A stretch of 64,000 nucleotides of DNA from Ramazzottius varieornatus. Lineage: Eukaryota; Animalia; Tardigrada. The DNA lies in NCBI GenBank assembly GCA_001949185.1, contig BDGG01000021.1:86817-150816 (forward strand). Direction: 5' to 3'. This document shows, piece by piece, positions 49,142-59,742 of the stretch. A program made the position numbers and the translations under genes. How positions within the stretch are numbered: the first letter of the stretch is position 1; each line of letters begins with the position of its first letter. The notes below the pieces were generated by a model. The model had not been told where the DNA came from and did not search any database. It saw nothing but the letters and a program-made list of their open reading frames with translations.

Positions 49142-49795
49142 AATCCAAGCTTTCTCGTTTTATTAATGCGTAGAATTTTCGTTTTATTCCATTCAATAAT
49201 AGATTAAGTTTTTCGCTCTTGTGTCAACATGTACGGATTGCTGTACAACCTGTACTTAATGAAGGAAGGCCTTCATTCTGTTAAACGTGGGAATGGTATT
49301 GACTGCCGTTCTTTTTCTTCAGGAATGTTTCTCCTCCTTGTGTTCCCAGATCCGAAGATTAACGTAAGGTTTTTATCAAAAAGAATTTACTAAATCAGCG
49401 AGTACTTACGGTAGTCTTCCATTAAAATCTGCTTCAAGACACATCGCCGCGTTTGCTGGCGTTGATATACGGAATATACAGTTATGCACCATGCAAACTG
49501 GCATTCAGATATACAGAAAGTCTCTCTGATGTTTCTGTTTGTCGACTGAAGTCACTGAACATCTCACAACTTCGAAACGCAAGACCCGGGCTCGCATAAC
49601 ATAATCATAACAGATTAGTATTATCCCGTTTAATGCGGCGGTCATAAAAGGAGGATCAAGGAAATCTCATTCTGTGCGGTACATATGTAAATTAAACGAA
49701 TTGTCAGAATATCTGATGGTCCTTGCAATAAATGAAACACGAGGGAACGTCCAGAGGATACTTCTAGGAACCACAGAAGATTTCTGAGGGGAGTT

Positions 49796-50317
49796 TCACC
49801 ATTCATCAGCTACGGGAGCAGCTGCCGACTCTTCTTGGGCCAAGGCACCCCACTTCACTTGCTCAACCAAATCTCCCTTCTTCTTCTGCTCCTCCAGCCT
49901 TTCCCGGATCAACTCGGCCACGGCCCTCTGCGTTCTCTTCTCTAGCCTTTCCAGACTCTTGGCCACATCCCGCTTGAGATCCCAGTCGGGCTTCCTTGGC
50001 GCCAGGTTTGTCAGCTCAACGTCTTCTGGCAATGCGTCGCCTGTAGCATCTCCCAGCTTGTCCTTCACCATCGATTCGACGTCCAACGGTACGGGCTTGG
50101 GTATGACGCTCTCCTTCAACTCTTCAGTCTTGGGAATGTAACTGCGGAACTTGGGCTTGGGAAGAGTGGGCTCCGCTGGTTGGTCTTCCATTTGGCCATC
50201 TTCGCCGGGTTCGGTTGGTGGTTGCGTTGACTGTTGACTACCTCGCATGGCTTTCAGTCGCTCCCGACGTCTTTGAGCTTCCACCTCCATCGATCCAACC
50301 TCTTCCGCCATGACCAT
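49796..50317 (-). CDS. CCDC12: Coiled-coil domain-containing protein 12 (cwf18 splicing factor)
   Basis: RRERLKAMR, PKFRSYIP, NLAPRKPDWDLKRDVAK.LERLEKRTQRAVAELIRERL. Confidence 0.93.
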   Translation of the reverse strand: MVMAEEVGSMEVEAQRRRERLKAMRGSQQSTQPPTEPGEDGQMEDQPAEPTLPKPKFRSYIPKTEELKESVIPKPVPLDVESMVKDKLGDATGDALPEDVELTNLAPRKPDWDLKRDVAKSLERLEKRTQRAVAELIRERLEEQKKKGDLVEQVKWGALAQEESAAAPVADEW

Positions 50318-51444
50318 TTGTGACTACAAAGACACGAAAAGGCGAACAAGATACAGGGTAATGACGGAGCAATGGAGTGAAGAATGACAGAGAAAGTTCC
50401 GGAGATGTCAACACGTGCGCTAAAACTTAGGACATGACATAGCCATAGTCCCATACATCTTTTGCCCATTACAGAGATTGCGAAATACTGATGTGCTGCA
50501 AAACGGAGTAATACAGTGAGCATAGACCCACAACTTAATTTCTTGCCTAAGTACGTCAGGAACAGAATTGGGTGGGTTCGCGCCGATTCGTTTATCAGTA
50601 GTTCCCCTTGCAAAACTCCACTCTTAGATTTGCTGTCTCTTTTTTCGTCAGGTTACAGAAAGCTTGACAAAATATTTTGCTTAGCAAAACAAGTAATTGA
50701 AACTTAGTAGCTGGCTTCTTAGTTTTTACGTCACATCCGGGATCCAGCTTGACAAGAACAAAAAAGCTGTTATGACGGAATCGAAGTTGCGTGCTTCATG
50801 ACTACGGGCGGGCTGTCATCATCTGCGATAGCCAGTATCACGATTACGCTACTCGCATGGCAGGCCAATCCCGACTGTCTGCTCGGTTTAGCAGCACTCC
50901 AATGTTGCGGAAACGTAAAATCTTGTTGAAGCTGTAGCTAACGGGCTGAAGCCTGAAGTTGACGAGGGGATTATTCCAATCCGCTGCTCTGATCCACAAA
51001 CCGACCACACAGGTGGAAAGGGAGAGTCTTTCAGTCTGGGCCGAAAACCTAGTCATTATTTCGTTCCCGCGAGAGGCCGAATTGGCGGAAATTCGACAGG
51101 ATCGGCACAATCCGTCATAAGGTCCATTCTATAACGACAGAATTTTCGTCACTTTCGCCTTTCGCAGTTTCTTCCAGAAACGGAATGATGACTAGGTTTT
51201 CGGCTCAGACTGGAGAAGACACTCTCCTCTTTTCCCCTGTGTTGTCGGTTTGCGGATCAGAGGCGACGGATTGGAATAAACCCCTTGTAAGTCACGACTA
51301 ACCGTTTAGCGAACCGAAATACGACAACACTACCAACTGTGTGCTTTGTGCTCTCGCCGGTCACCCGACATTCCCACATTCTGCAGAAGTGCAACACGTT
51401 AAAGCCTAGAGACATGTACAAAAGGAAGCAAAAAATAAAGCGGG

Positions 51445-51912
51445 TCACACAAAACGGGTAGCTATAGACAAGATCTTGGCAATGTCGCCTTTCTTGGAGC
51501 GCAGCATCATAGGGATAGGGACGTTGATGCGCGTGCCCAACGGGGCACCGCTTTCATCAATCAGAACAAGGTTGTTCGTATCCACCGTCGGGACACCCGG
51601 CACCATCTGTCTCCGCACCACGCCGACAATGTAACCACGCTTCTTCTGACCCATAATAGCGACCATGACTTTATCCCCGAGTGTTCCAACGCGCCTCTTG
51701 TTGTAGACATGAAACACTTTGGCCCACTTTCCGGCCGCCATACACTGCTGACCGATGGCACTGTTGTCCACTACACGCATCCGCGTCTGATGACGGATCA
51801 GTAGACGTCCTTCTGTCGTGGAAAAGGTACGAGCCGGTAACGCCGGTGGAAAAGGCACGGAGGGGTAGGAACGAAGAAGCGAAGAGAAGGTTGGCTGAAC
51901 TCTTGAAATCAT
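51445..51912 (-). CDS. MRPL14: Mitochondrial ribosomal protein L14
   Basis: Transit peptide, TRMRVVDNS, GTLGDKVMVAI.GQKK.G.IVG, DTNNLVLIDESGAPLGTRI.VPIP, IATRFV. Confidence 0.93.
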   Translation of the reverse strand: MISRVQPTFSSLLRSYPSVPFPPALPARTFSTTEGRLLIRHQTRMRVVDNSAIGQQCMAAGKWAKVFHVYNKRRVGTLGDKVMVAIMGQKKRGYIVGVVRRQMVPGVPTVDTNNLVLIDESGAPLGTRINVPIPMMLRSKKGDIAKILSIATRFV

Positions 51913-52591
51913 TTCCGGTTAGGTTGTAACAGAACTACGCGCACCCACTCTGTCGCCCACGCTCGTCGGAGTGTTCCAACGTCTATTAATGCCTTCTTCT
52001 TCGATGTTCTGTAAAAGAAAGGAAGTGGGATGGGAAACAGAAATAGACTGACTTCCTGGCTGTCACTGACAGTCTGACACGCAGAAAGAGCTGCGCATGC
52101 AAAAGATGTATATTCGAAAAAGACAAACCAAATTCCGAATTTCCGATTTCCGGAATGATTCATATTAGCCTGGCTTAAACCTAAATCGGCCGACTATCTT
52201 AAGTCAAGGGAGCACTTTCTCCGTTAGGAGAATCCACAAATCAAACGTGTAGGAAGCTTGTCTAGGTCTGAGTAAGCTAAACCAGCCGAAGCACGCAGAT
52301 CGGTGTCGTGACGTCAGTCGCAGATTTTGATTGTTGATTTACTGCATCATGGTGCCCAGCTGTTGTCGACGAAATCTGGACACTTCAAGCCTGAGTGAAG
52401 CAATTTTCCAGCTTTCTGTTAGATTTATGAAAGTGTGATTTTCGCGATGCAAAGTTTGGCTTAACGTAGGAAATTTTCACGTCCGATATAGTTTGACGGT
52501 AAGGCAGTGCTATTTGAATGGGATTACTATTCGAATGGGAGTGCTACCTTTCCCATGAGTACTAGTTTTCCTCTTATCCAGGTCATTCAAA

Positions 52592-53884
52592 ATGCCGATA
52601 CAAGTTGATCGTCAGAAGGTGCTGAAGAGTATCGACCGGAAGATTGCCCATGATGTGATCAGTGACATCATATTGGATTCAAGCAGCGAGGACGAACCGA
52701 AAACATTTAGTCAACTTGAGTCGACTCCTCTGACGATGATGCGATTTGGACGGTTGCAGTCAGAACCGTCATCGTGTCTTCACGCTACCTTTCTGAAAGA
52801 AGCAGAGCACCAAAGACCAAAGAACTCTTGAACATCATCCTCAGTTCGAACGAAGTCACGTTTCGCCGTAACGCTCGAATGACTCGTGCAGCGTTCGAAA
52901 GTATCACAGACCTGATCCAAGATCATCCGGTCTTCAACAATAATTCCGCATTCCAGCAAGTACATCCTGCAGAGCAACTTATGGTGGCCCTTGGTCGACT
53001 TGGCTTTGATGGTACAGCATCTTCGCTGTGGACAGCTGGGTCTCGTTACGGAGTCGGCGACGGTATAGTACCACTGTATACCAGCAGGGTTATTCGTGCC
53101 CTTCTGTCACTTGAAAGCGATACAGTTTCTTGGCCAGACGCTGGCAAACGGGAAGCTATAACGGAAAGGGAACGGGATAGCTATGGATTTCCCGAGTGTA
53201 TTAGGTTCGTGGACGGGACTCTCGTTATACTTGGTTTGAAGCCAGCGCAACATGGCGAAGGTGACTACACTCTCAAAGACAACTATTCCCTGAACGCGAT
53301 GGTTGTCTGCGACGATCAGCGAAGAATCCATCGCGTCTTCGCCGGGTTTCCTAGCAGTGCGCCACAACCATCGTGTCTTCACATACTCGAAGCTGGCAAG
53401 AAATTCCTCCAAGTATTTTGCAGGTGACGAGCATCTGCTGACCGATAGTGCTTATCCTGTATCCGAAATCACGGTACCTCCTCACAAGAAACCGGCAAAA
53501 GACACTGCAGGGAATAGTCGCTTCAACAGACTCCATGCTACGGCGCGTGTTACGGCAGAACATACCATGGCGATACTGAAAGGATGATCCAAGAGTCTAA
53601 AGTCGATCCGCCTTGCTATCAAGGACAAGAAGGATCATGCGTGGGCAGTCTACTGGATCGAAGCATGTTGCATGCTGCACAACCTGCTACATCAGGACGA
53701 GTTTGACGAGCTATGGCTGGAGGAAGATGACGACGATGGACCTAGGACAAGAGCTCTGACAACCGGAAAATCCTTTGACAAGGGAAAAGAAAAAGGGAGT
53801 ACTTATGAAGAGATCAGTTCCTTGAACGATGCAGGAAGAATAGTCGTGTTCAATTATCTTTACATAAAAATTTGTGAAAACTAG
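52592..53884 (+). pseudogene. PIF/Harbinger transposase pseudogene
   Basis: FRRNARMT..F, QLMVAL.RLG, FVDGT, YSLNAMVVCD, LLTDSAYP, FN..H..ARV..EH...LKG, CMLHNL; frameshifts and a stop at 53585-53587. Confidence 0.85.
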
Positions 53885-53929
53885 GAAATTGAGTTGGGAA
53901 CGATAAACACTATCACTTTAGTCCAAGTT

Positions 53930-54765
53930 TCACGGACTTAATCAAGACTTCTCAGCCAGCTGCTTCATTGATTCCAACTTCCTGATTTCCGCTTCAGTTT
54001 CTCTCAACTTGAGCTCACGTTCGCGAAGGGTCATATCTCATCTGGTTGTCGTCATGCTTCTGCGCTTCGAACTCGAACCTTTGAGATCTTTCTTCGGCGT
54101 ACGCATTTCGTTGTTCGGACCGTTCTTTCTTTTCTTTCGAAGTGACCATTGATACATCGACCAGCTCCGTTGCTTTGTTTTTTTTGGGTTGAACTCGCTG
54201 TTTCTTCTTGCCTGATGACGTTGTGGCTATTTCCCCTTCACTTGTACTACCATCGCCATCGACTCTCTCAAGGTGTTCGTCCATCATCCTGCCCCATCGC
54301 TTCGGCTTCAGCCTGAGTGATAGGTTTCGCTGTTCCATCGGACTGATGCTCTTCCGCTGAGGCTGCACTGTCATCCGTTGGTGAGTGGAGATCTGTGAAG
54401 ATGGACTTGTCGACAGGATCTTCGCTGTCAGGTGTAAATGAAGCTGCGATGCCTGCGCGATCGCGGAGTATTGGGTCCAGTCTGTGCCAATGCTCACATA
54501 TTTTCCTCATCTTCACTGCAACAAGCAATCAAGTATTCAACCGTGAGAAAGTCAATTAAAATCATTAAACTTGGATTATTCTGAAGCTTTCTACTAAGTG
54601 ATTATTCTGAATCTTAGTAACAATCTCATCTAAAGTCGATTGATTGATACCAAGAGAATGTAACGACGATAAGCCAGCCTTCGAAATCACACCACGTGCG
54701 CCAAACCACAAACCATGTACAAAATCTTCTTCGAAGCCTTCTGCTGGCAATTCATCACTTGTTCC
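53930..54765 (-). pseudogene. Probable Harbinger companion (Myb/SANT-type) gene remnant, convergent with the transposase
   Basis: KICEHWHRLDPILRDR motif, then a low-complexity region and a coiled-coil tail; typical position for the second Harbinger ORF. Confidence 0.5.
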
Positions 54766-55230
54766 GCTGTTCTTTCATTTCATTTTCCTCATTGTGGGCG
54801 CGAATATCTGTTACCGTTGTTTCCATCCGAACCGTTGGGCCGATGATCCATGCTTTCGTCTTGTCCTTCATCCTTATGATCAAGTCCGGTTTGAGTCCTT
54901 CTACCGTTCTTTCCTCCACAGTCACTTTCCACTTGTCTTCTTTCCGCAGTTCTCTCGCAATGACTTTCACGACTTCATCATGCCTGTAACTTCTCATGTC
55001 CTTGACTTGTTCACACTGGCCCCGGATGTGCGACAAAGTTTCCAGTGGCGCATCTTTTCGGTGTTTGCGACAGTGGAGGCATCTGCGGTCAGTACCGGTG
55101 GTGCAGCCGGGTACTGCCTTGACGTGTAACCGGTTGACTCTTGATCGGATCATGTCGAGGTGCACTTGGACCGGAAGTGCAGCAGGACGGGATAGGATCC
55201 AATCCAATACTGTATATGAATTCACACTAA
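54765..55230 (-). mobile_element. Fragment of an RLE-type non-LTR retrotransposon (R2/NeSL-like)
   Basis: RRCLHC..ETLSHIRGQC zinc knuckle, RHDEVV..IA, LKPDLII restriction-like endonuclease motifs. Confidence 0.8.
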
Positions 55231-56060
55231 GGTTGTAAATTCGTAAGTCCATTCCTTTCCAAATTCCGTTCCATTCCCGTAATTCCATTCCCTTCCAAGG
55301 GGTAGCTGTTTGGAACGGTGGAATTCTCATTTGGAAAACTAGCAAAACTCGAAGAAAATTCAGGAATTCCACGAGGTAAACAGTCGAAGATCCAGCAGAT
55401 CCTGTCGAAAAACTGAACCCGATGCTGGCTCACACATGCGTACCACTCAGGCTAATTCTTCGTTCAGTTGAACGACCAATAGAGTTTTCAATCCGTCCTA
55501 GTAAAGTGTGCGGTGCATTCAACTTTGCGTAAGTCCTTGATTTTCCCTTGGAATTTCAGGTCCGTCAAGACCGAAAGTTCGGATCGGCCATCTCCAGCTG
55601 GCTTTCAGTCTCAAACCACTATTTGTGGATGACTTCAGATCATATTTACTGTTTTAGATGGGTATGTAAAAAGAACTGAGATGACAACTGGGACTTTGTA
55701 ATTCCAGCTTTTTGCGAGGACTTTCTGGAGAAGAAAATAGGAATATAGGAATACCAGAAATTCCTTTCCTGGTTTCCATTCCAAGGGTACCGGCCTGAAA
55801 CTTACAACATTACATGACACCGATGACAACACAGGCAAAATTTGGCAAATCAGACACTGTAGAGTTGCAGTACCGCGCCGTCTGCAAAAAACGGCGTACC
55901 AAAATGCGGGCTGACTCAGGAGTCGCCGTAGATATCATACGTTAAGTGAAAAACGCCTATCAACATTTGTGCCGAAGTTCGGGAGATCAAGTCGTGATCT
56001 GCTTTTTTACGAATCATCAATTGCAGAAATACTCTAACCCGTAACGCAGAAGACACATTA

Positions 56061-56401
56061 CTGTATTCTCTCCGGAAATGGATGTACGTCACTCAATTCA
56101 AAATGTGAAACTGCAGATATGGTCGGTAGGCGGTAGCTCATACGATTGAAACAGCTGCGACGCCACATGATTCAATCAATCCAACCAATCCAATCAATCG
56201 ACCATTCTGTCCCAGCTGTCGTGTGATGTCAGTTTTCTCTGTGAGCTGTCTCTTACTGTAGTTTGACTCCATAAAACGGCTACTAAAGCTGTCCGTAAAT
56301 ACGTCGAGATCTGACGCCATGCTGGCGTTGTGTAACAGCTACGCTAACACTCTACTGAACCAGATATCAGTGACGTACATCCATTTCCGGAGAGAATACA
56401 G
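56061..56401. mobile_element. Young Tc1/mariner-type MITE
   Basis: Perfect 33-bp TIR CTGTATTCTCTCCGGAAATGGATGTACGTCACT with TA on both flanks. Confidence 0.88.
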
Positions 56402-56641
56402 TATCACATTTCGGAATTTCAGAAAGTTTGGAAAATGTCGCCCGCTGATGGTTTACCCGTCGGAGTTCGACGAAAAGGTTTATGCAATTGCAGATCTTGT
56501 CCCCAACAAGCACCAGGGACTTCCAGTAACAAACGCATTCGAACTAGTTTGCGGTTACATATGCGATTCCTGTTCACCGGAATCTTTTTATAATCAATAG
56601 GTGCCGGTAACGGAGGTTCTTTTGTTTTCTCTTGTCTGTGG

Positions 56642-57648
56642 CAGTGTTATTCTGCTAATGGTTTTGGAATTTTAATGTCTATTACAATTAGTAAAATTTT
56701 TCCTCAAGCCGTAATTTTAATTGTTGCAGGTTTGGATTGGCTGAATTCTCTATTATCTATTAATTTTAAATACATCTGGATCTCTAGATTTATTTTAATT
56801 ATGGTTCGTCTGTAAGTTTGCATTAACCGAGTAATCAGCAGGGATATATATCCGTTGTTATGTCATCTTGTTCAGATATCGGTGAATCTTTCGGCCTTCC
56901 TGCTCCTGACTTCTTCTTCTTCTTGACAGTTGGAGCTCCAACAGTTGGATCTGCAACACTCGTGTCGTTCGCGGTAGTTGGAGAAGGCGAAGGGGGAGAA
57001 TTTTCCGCCGGTCCGGTCAAGTCCACCGTCGTCCCAGGCTGAGTCCTCCTCTCCTTTATAGCCTGCTTCTTCGGCTTGGTGGAGCTTGGCCCTGTCTGAC
57101 TTTTTCGCTTCTGACTATTTGTCGTGGGATATGGCCGAGAACCAAGAATACCAATTGATGTACGAACGGTAGGAAAAGAAGACCAAACTGCGAGTCTAAG
57201 AGATATCACTATATTTAAATCAAGTCGAATTATCAATGCACCAAATTCACGGTATGAGACTGCGTAATCGAGTTCCGTCAGTTTAACTGAAGCTGAAATT
57301 TAGAATCAGCGCTCCGTATCCATCTCTTGTACTGATTAACCAGCTCTCGTCCGGGATAATATTTACTAAGGGATTTTCGTGGTACAATTCACTGTGGATT
57401 TGCTAGGCATCTTGCTATAATTAAAATTCGAAGCCCAGCTCTTCCAAATTTTAATTATTTTAATTGCTGCAAGTACGGATTTTAATTACCTATTTTACTA
57501 TTGACTTGTGGGTCTAATTTTACTGTAATTTTACTATATAGTAAAATTCGTCGTCTCGATTTCATAATTTTAATTATTATAGTAAAATTCAATAGTCCCA
57601 GTTTTCGGCTATTTTCAATTATCTATTTCCATTAGTAGAATAACACTG
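56642..57648 (-). mobile_element. Non-autonomous hAT element, copy 2 (inverted, near-identical to 34524-35530)
   Basis: Identical 133-aa ORF translation; same TIRs; no matching TSD (GTCTGTGG vs CTGGAGAA). Confidence 0.9.
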
Positions 57649-57956
57649 CTGGAGAATTGATTTCCGTTTTCTAGCTGTTTTGTTCGTGTACTCTTCGGAG
57701 CCTCCGTTGTGCTCCTGGTGTTTACAGGTCATTTATGGTAGTGTACTGTGTGCGAAGGAGGCAGGCGGAGGAAGGAGCAAGAAAAAACAGCCATGGTTTG
57801 GGGCTCGTCGTCAAAACCTGCAGGTGAGTTCTCCGAGTTCACTATCCGTACTGATGTGCCTACTGCGTTTCTGTCCAGGAGATCTCTCGCGACAGCTATC
57901 TTCTTCTTACAGAGTCGGTAACAGACGGCGCCGCAGCCGACTCAGTTCTCGCACAG

Positions 57957-58223
57957 ATGCAGCAGTCGGAGCAGGTGAAGCAGCTGAAAGATTTCCTGAT
58001 GTCGTACAACAAGCTCAGCGAGCTCTGCTTCGACAGCTGCGTCCACGATTTTACCACTCGTCGAGTGCTGGACGCGGAAGATACCTGCTCGTCGAATTGT
58101 GTGGAAAAGTACCTAAAGCTTAATCAGCGCGTTTCGCAACGCTTTCAAGAGTATCAGACCTTACAGAACGAACAGGCACTCGCGCTGGCGCAGACTGCCG
58201 GATTATATCCCCCACCAAAATAA
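57957..58223 (+). CDS. TIMM9: Mitochondrial import inner membrane translocase subunit Tim9
   Basis: KDFLMSYNKLSELCFDSCVHDFT..E.TCSSNCVEKYLKLNQRVSQRFQEYQ twin CX3C motif. Confidence 0.93.
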   Translation: MQQSEQVKQLKDFLMSYNKLSELCFDSCVHDFTTRRVLDAEDTCSSNCVEKYLKLNQRVSQRFQEYQTLQNEQALALAQTAGLYPPPK

Positions 58224-58547
58224 TCTTCTTGCTGTTCCGACCTGAATTCTTCTCCGTGTTTTGTCGTTCAGGAATTTAACCTCTTACGGCCCGTAATTAT
58301 GGTTTATTTGTTTTTATTACAGACAGCGCGGAGCGTTTCTCTGAAGAATAGTGGTGTCGCCCAGATGAACTGGCGCAGTCAGCTGAAAGGAGTGAAGTTT
58401 GCCGAAAAGTCAAGAATCAGAGAATCGAACGATCGGTTCCAGCACAGTGAGAACTCCAGACTGCCACTCGGGCAGCCTAAATGGAGAATTTTCATGGCAT
58501 GCCGTCGAGTGCTGCTCTTGGTTGTGGTCCGGCTGGTAGAGTGCGCT

Positions 58548-59600
58548 TTACGGCCCGCCATGCGGGTGTGAATGCTTAATGGCACTTCCGGCGGCGGCGG
58601 CGGCGACGGCGACATGACCATCCTTTTCCGATGAATGGTTCCTGGACTTGGCGCTCTTCATTCCATCTTTATCCAGAGTGTTCTTACTCGAAGGCAGGTT
58701 TACATGTCCTTTGTCTTTCGCTCTGAGATTGCTCGATGACGTATCTTGTCTTGGCACAGCAGCTGCGGGACCAACTTCCGGCTTGACTTCTTCCGCCAAT
58801 TTGGCTCTTTCATCCTGATCAGCATCGTGCATCACTTCATAGTCATAAAACTTGTCCTCACAGAGGAAGTCATACTCATCAAACGTAAACTCTTCTCCTT
58901 TCCATTTGTACTCCTTGGCCGAACCAGCCTTGAAGCCGTACGGACATTTCGCGTTGTCCACTGTCCCAATGTCGTTTGAGCTTTTAGCCACACTCGCACT
59001 TCCTACGACGTTAGGCTCCGACCCAGAGGCCTCGTTCTTACCAGTGACAGGAAAAACACCATGCTCAAAATGATCGCGCATGCTCTTGTCATGCCGTAGT
59101 TTGGCGTGCTCATCTCGTAGCTGAGCTTTCCCTGCTAAGAGCTTCCAATAGAGCGACCTTCCTCCTTGTACAGTGGGACCAGCTACCTTCGGTAATATGA
59201 AATACGTCTTGATAAAGTCTTTTAGACTCACACCACGATCAAACTTTCCATCACGAAAAGCGTCCTCGAAGCATTCGTCAACGAAAGCTTGCAGTCCTGT
59301 ATCTCGAAAGAAGCGCTCAAAGCGTTTCTTGGTCAGAATGATATCCGTCAGTCTCTCCATTTTTTCGTTGTCTTTCTCACAATTGAACCCTTCCTTCGAA
59401 GTCCAAGAGTGAACGGCTTCAAGTACGAACTTACGAGGCGGAAATCTCTTGGGTGCAGGTGGAACATTCTCTCCAGGGTTTCTTCTGCGTCCGCTGATTT
59501 CTTCCTCGACCTCGGCAAGTAACTCTTGTGAATTCTCCAGCGGTTTACGGCCTACTTCAAAGCTGGCTATTTTCAGTCCGTCTGCCTTCAGATGAGACAT
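58548..59600 (-). CDS. Uncharacterised ~350-aa protein
   Basis: Long uninterrupted ORF with protein-like composition; no recognised domain. Confidence 0.6.
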   Translation of the reverse strand: MSHLKADGLKIASFEVGRKPLENSQELLAEVEEEISGRRRNPGENVPPAPKRFPPRKFVLEAVHSWTSKEGFNCEKDNEKMERLTDIILTKKRFERFFRDTGLQAFVDECFEDAFRDGKFDRGVSLKDFIKTYFILPKVAGPTVQGGRSLYWKLLAGKAQLRDEHAKLRHDKSMRDHFEHGVFPVTGKNEASGSEPNVVGSASVAKSSNDIGTVDNAKCPYGFKAGSAKEYKWKGEEFTFDEYDFLCEDKFYDYEVMHDADQDERAKLAEEVKPEVGPAAAVPRQDTSSSNLRAKDKGHVNLPSSKNTLDKDGMKSAKSRNHSSEKDGHVAVAAAAAGSAIKHSHPHGGP

Positions 59601-59742
59601 TACAAAAATCAACACGGAAACGTGAGAATATTACTGAGCAACAATTTATTTTACACACTCGTACTCTGATTTCTTTCCTCACCGTTCTCCATAAAACGAT
59701 AAAAAACACACCAAGAAAATCAAAGTCCGGATCTCACAGGCT

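Noticed and set aside
35530-56642. Past inversion between the two inverted hAT copies
   Set aside because: Copy 1 retains matching TSDs on both sides, which an inversion would have separated.
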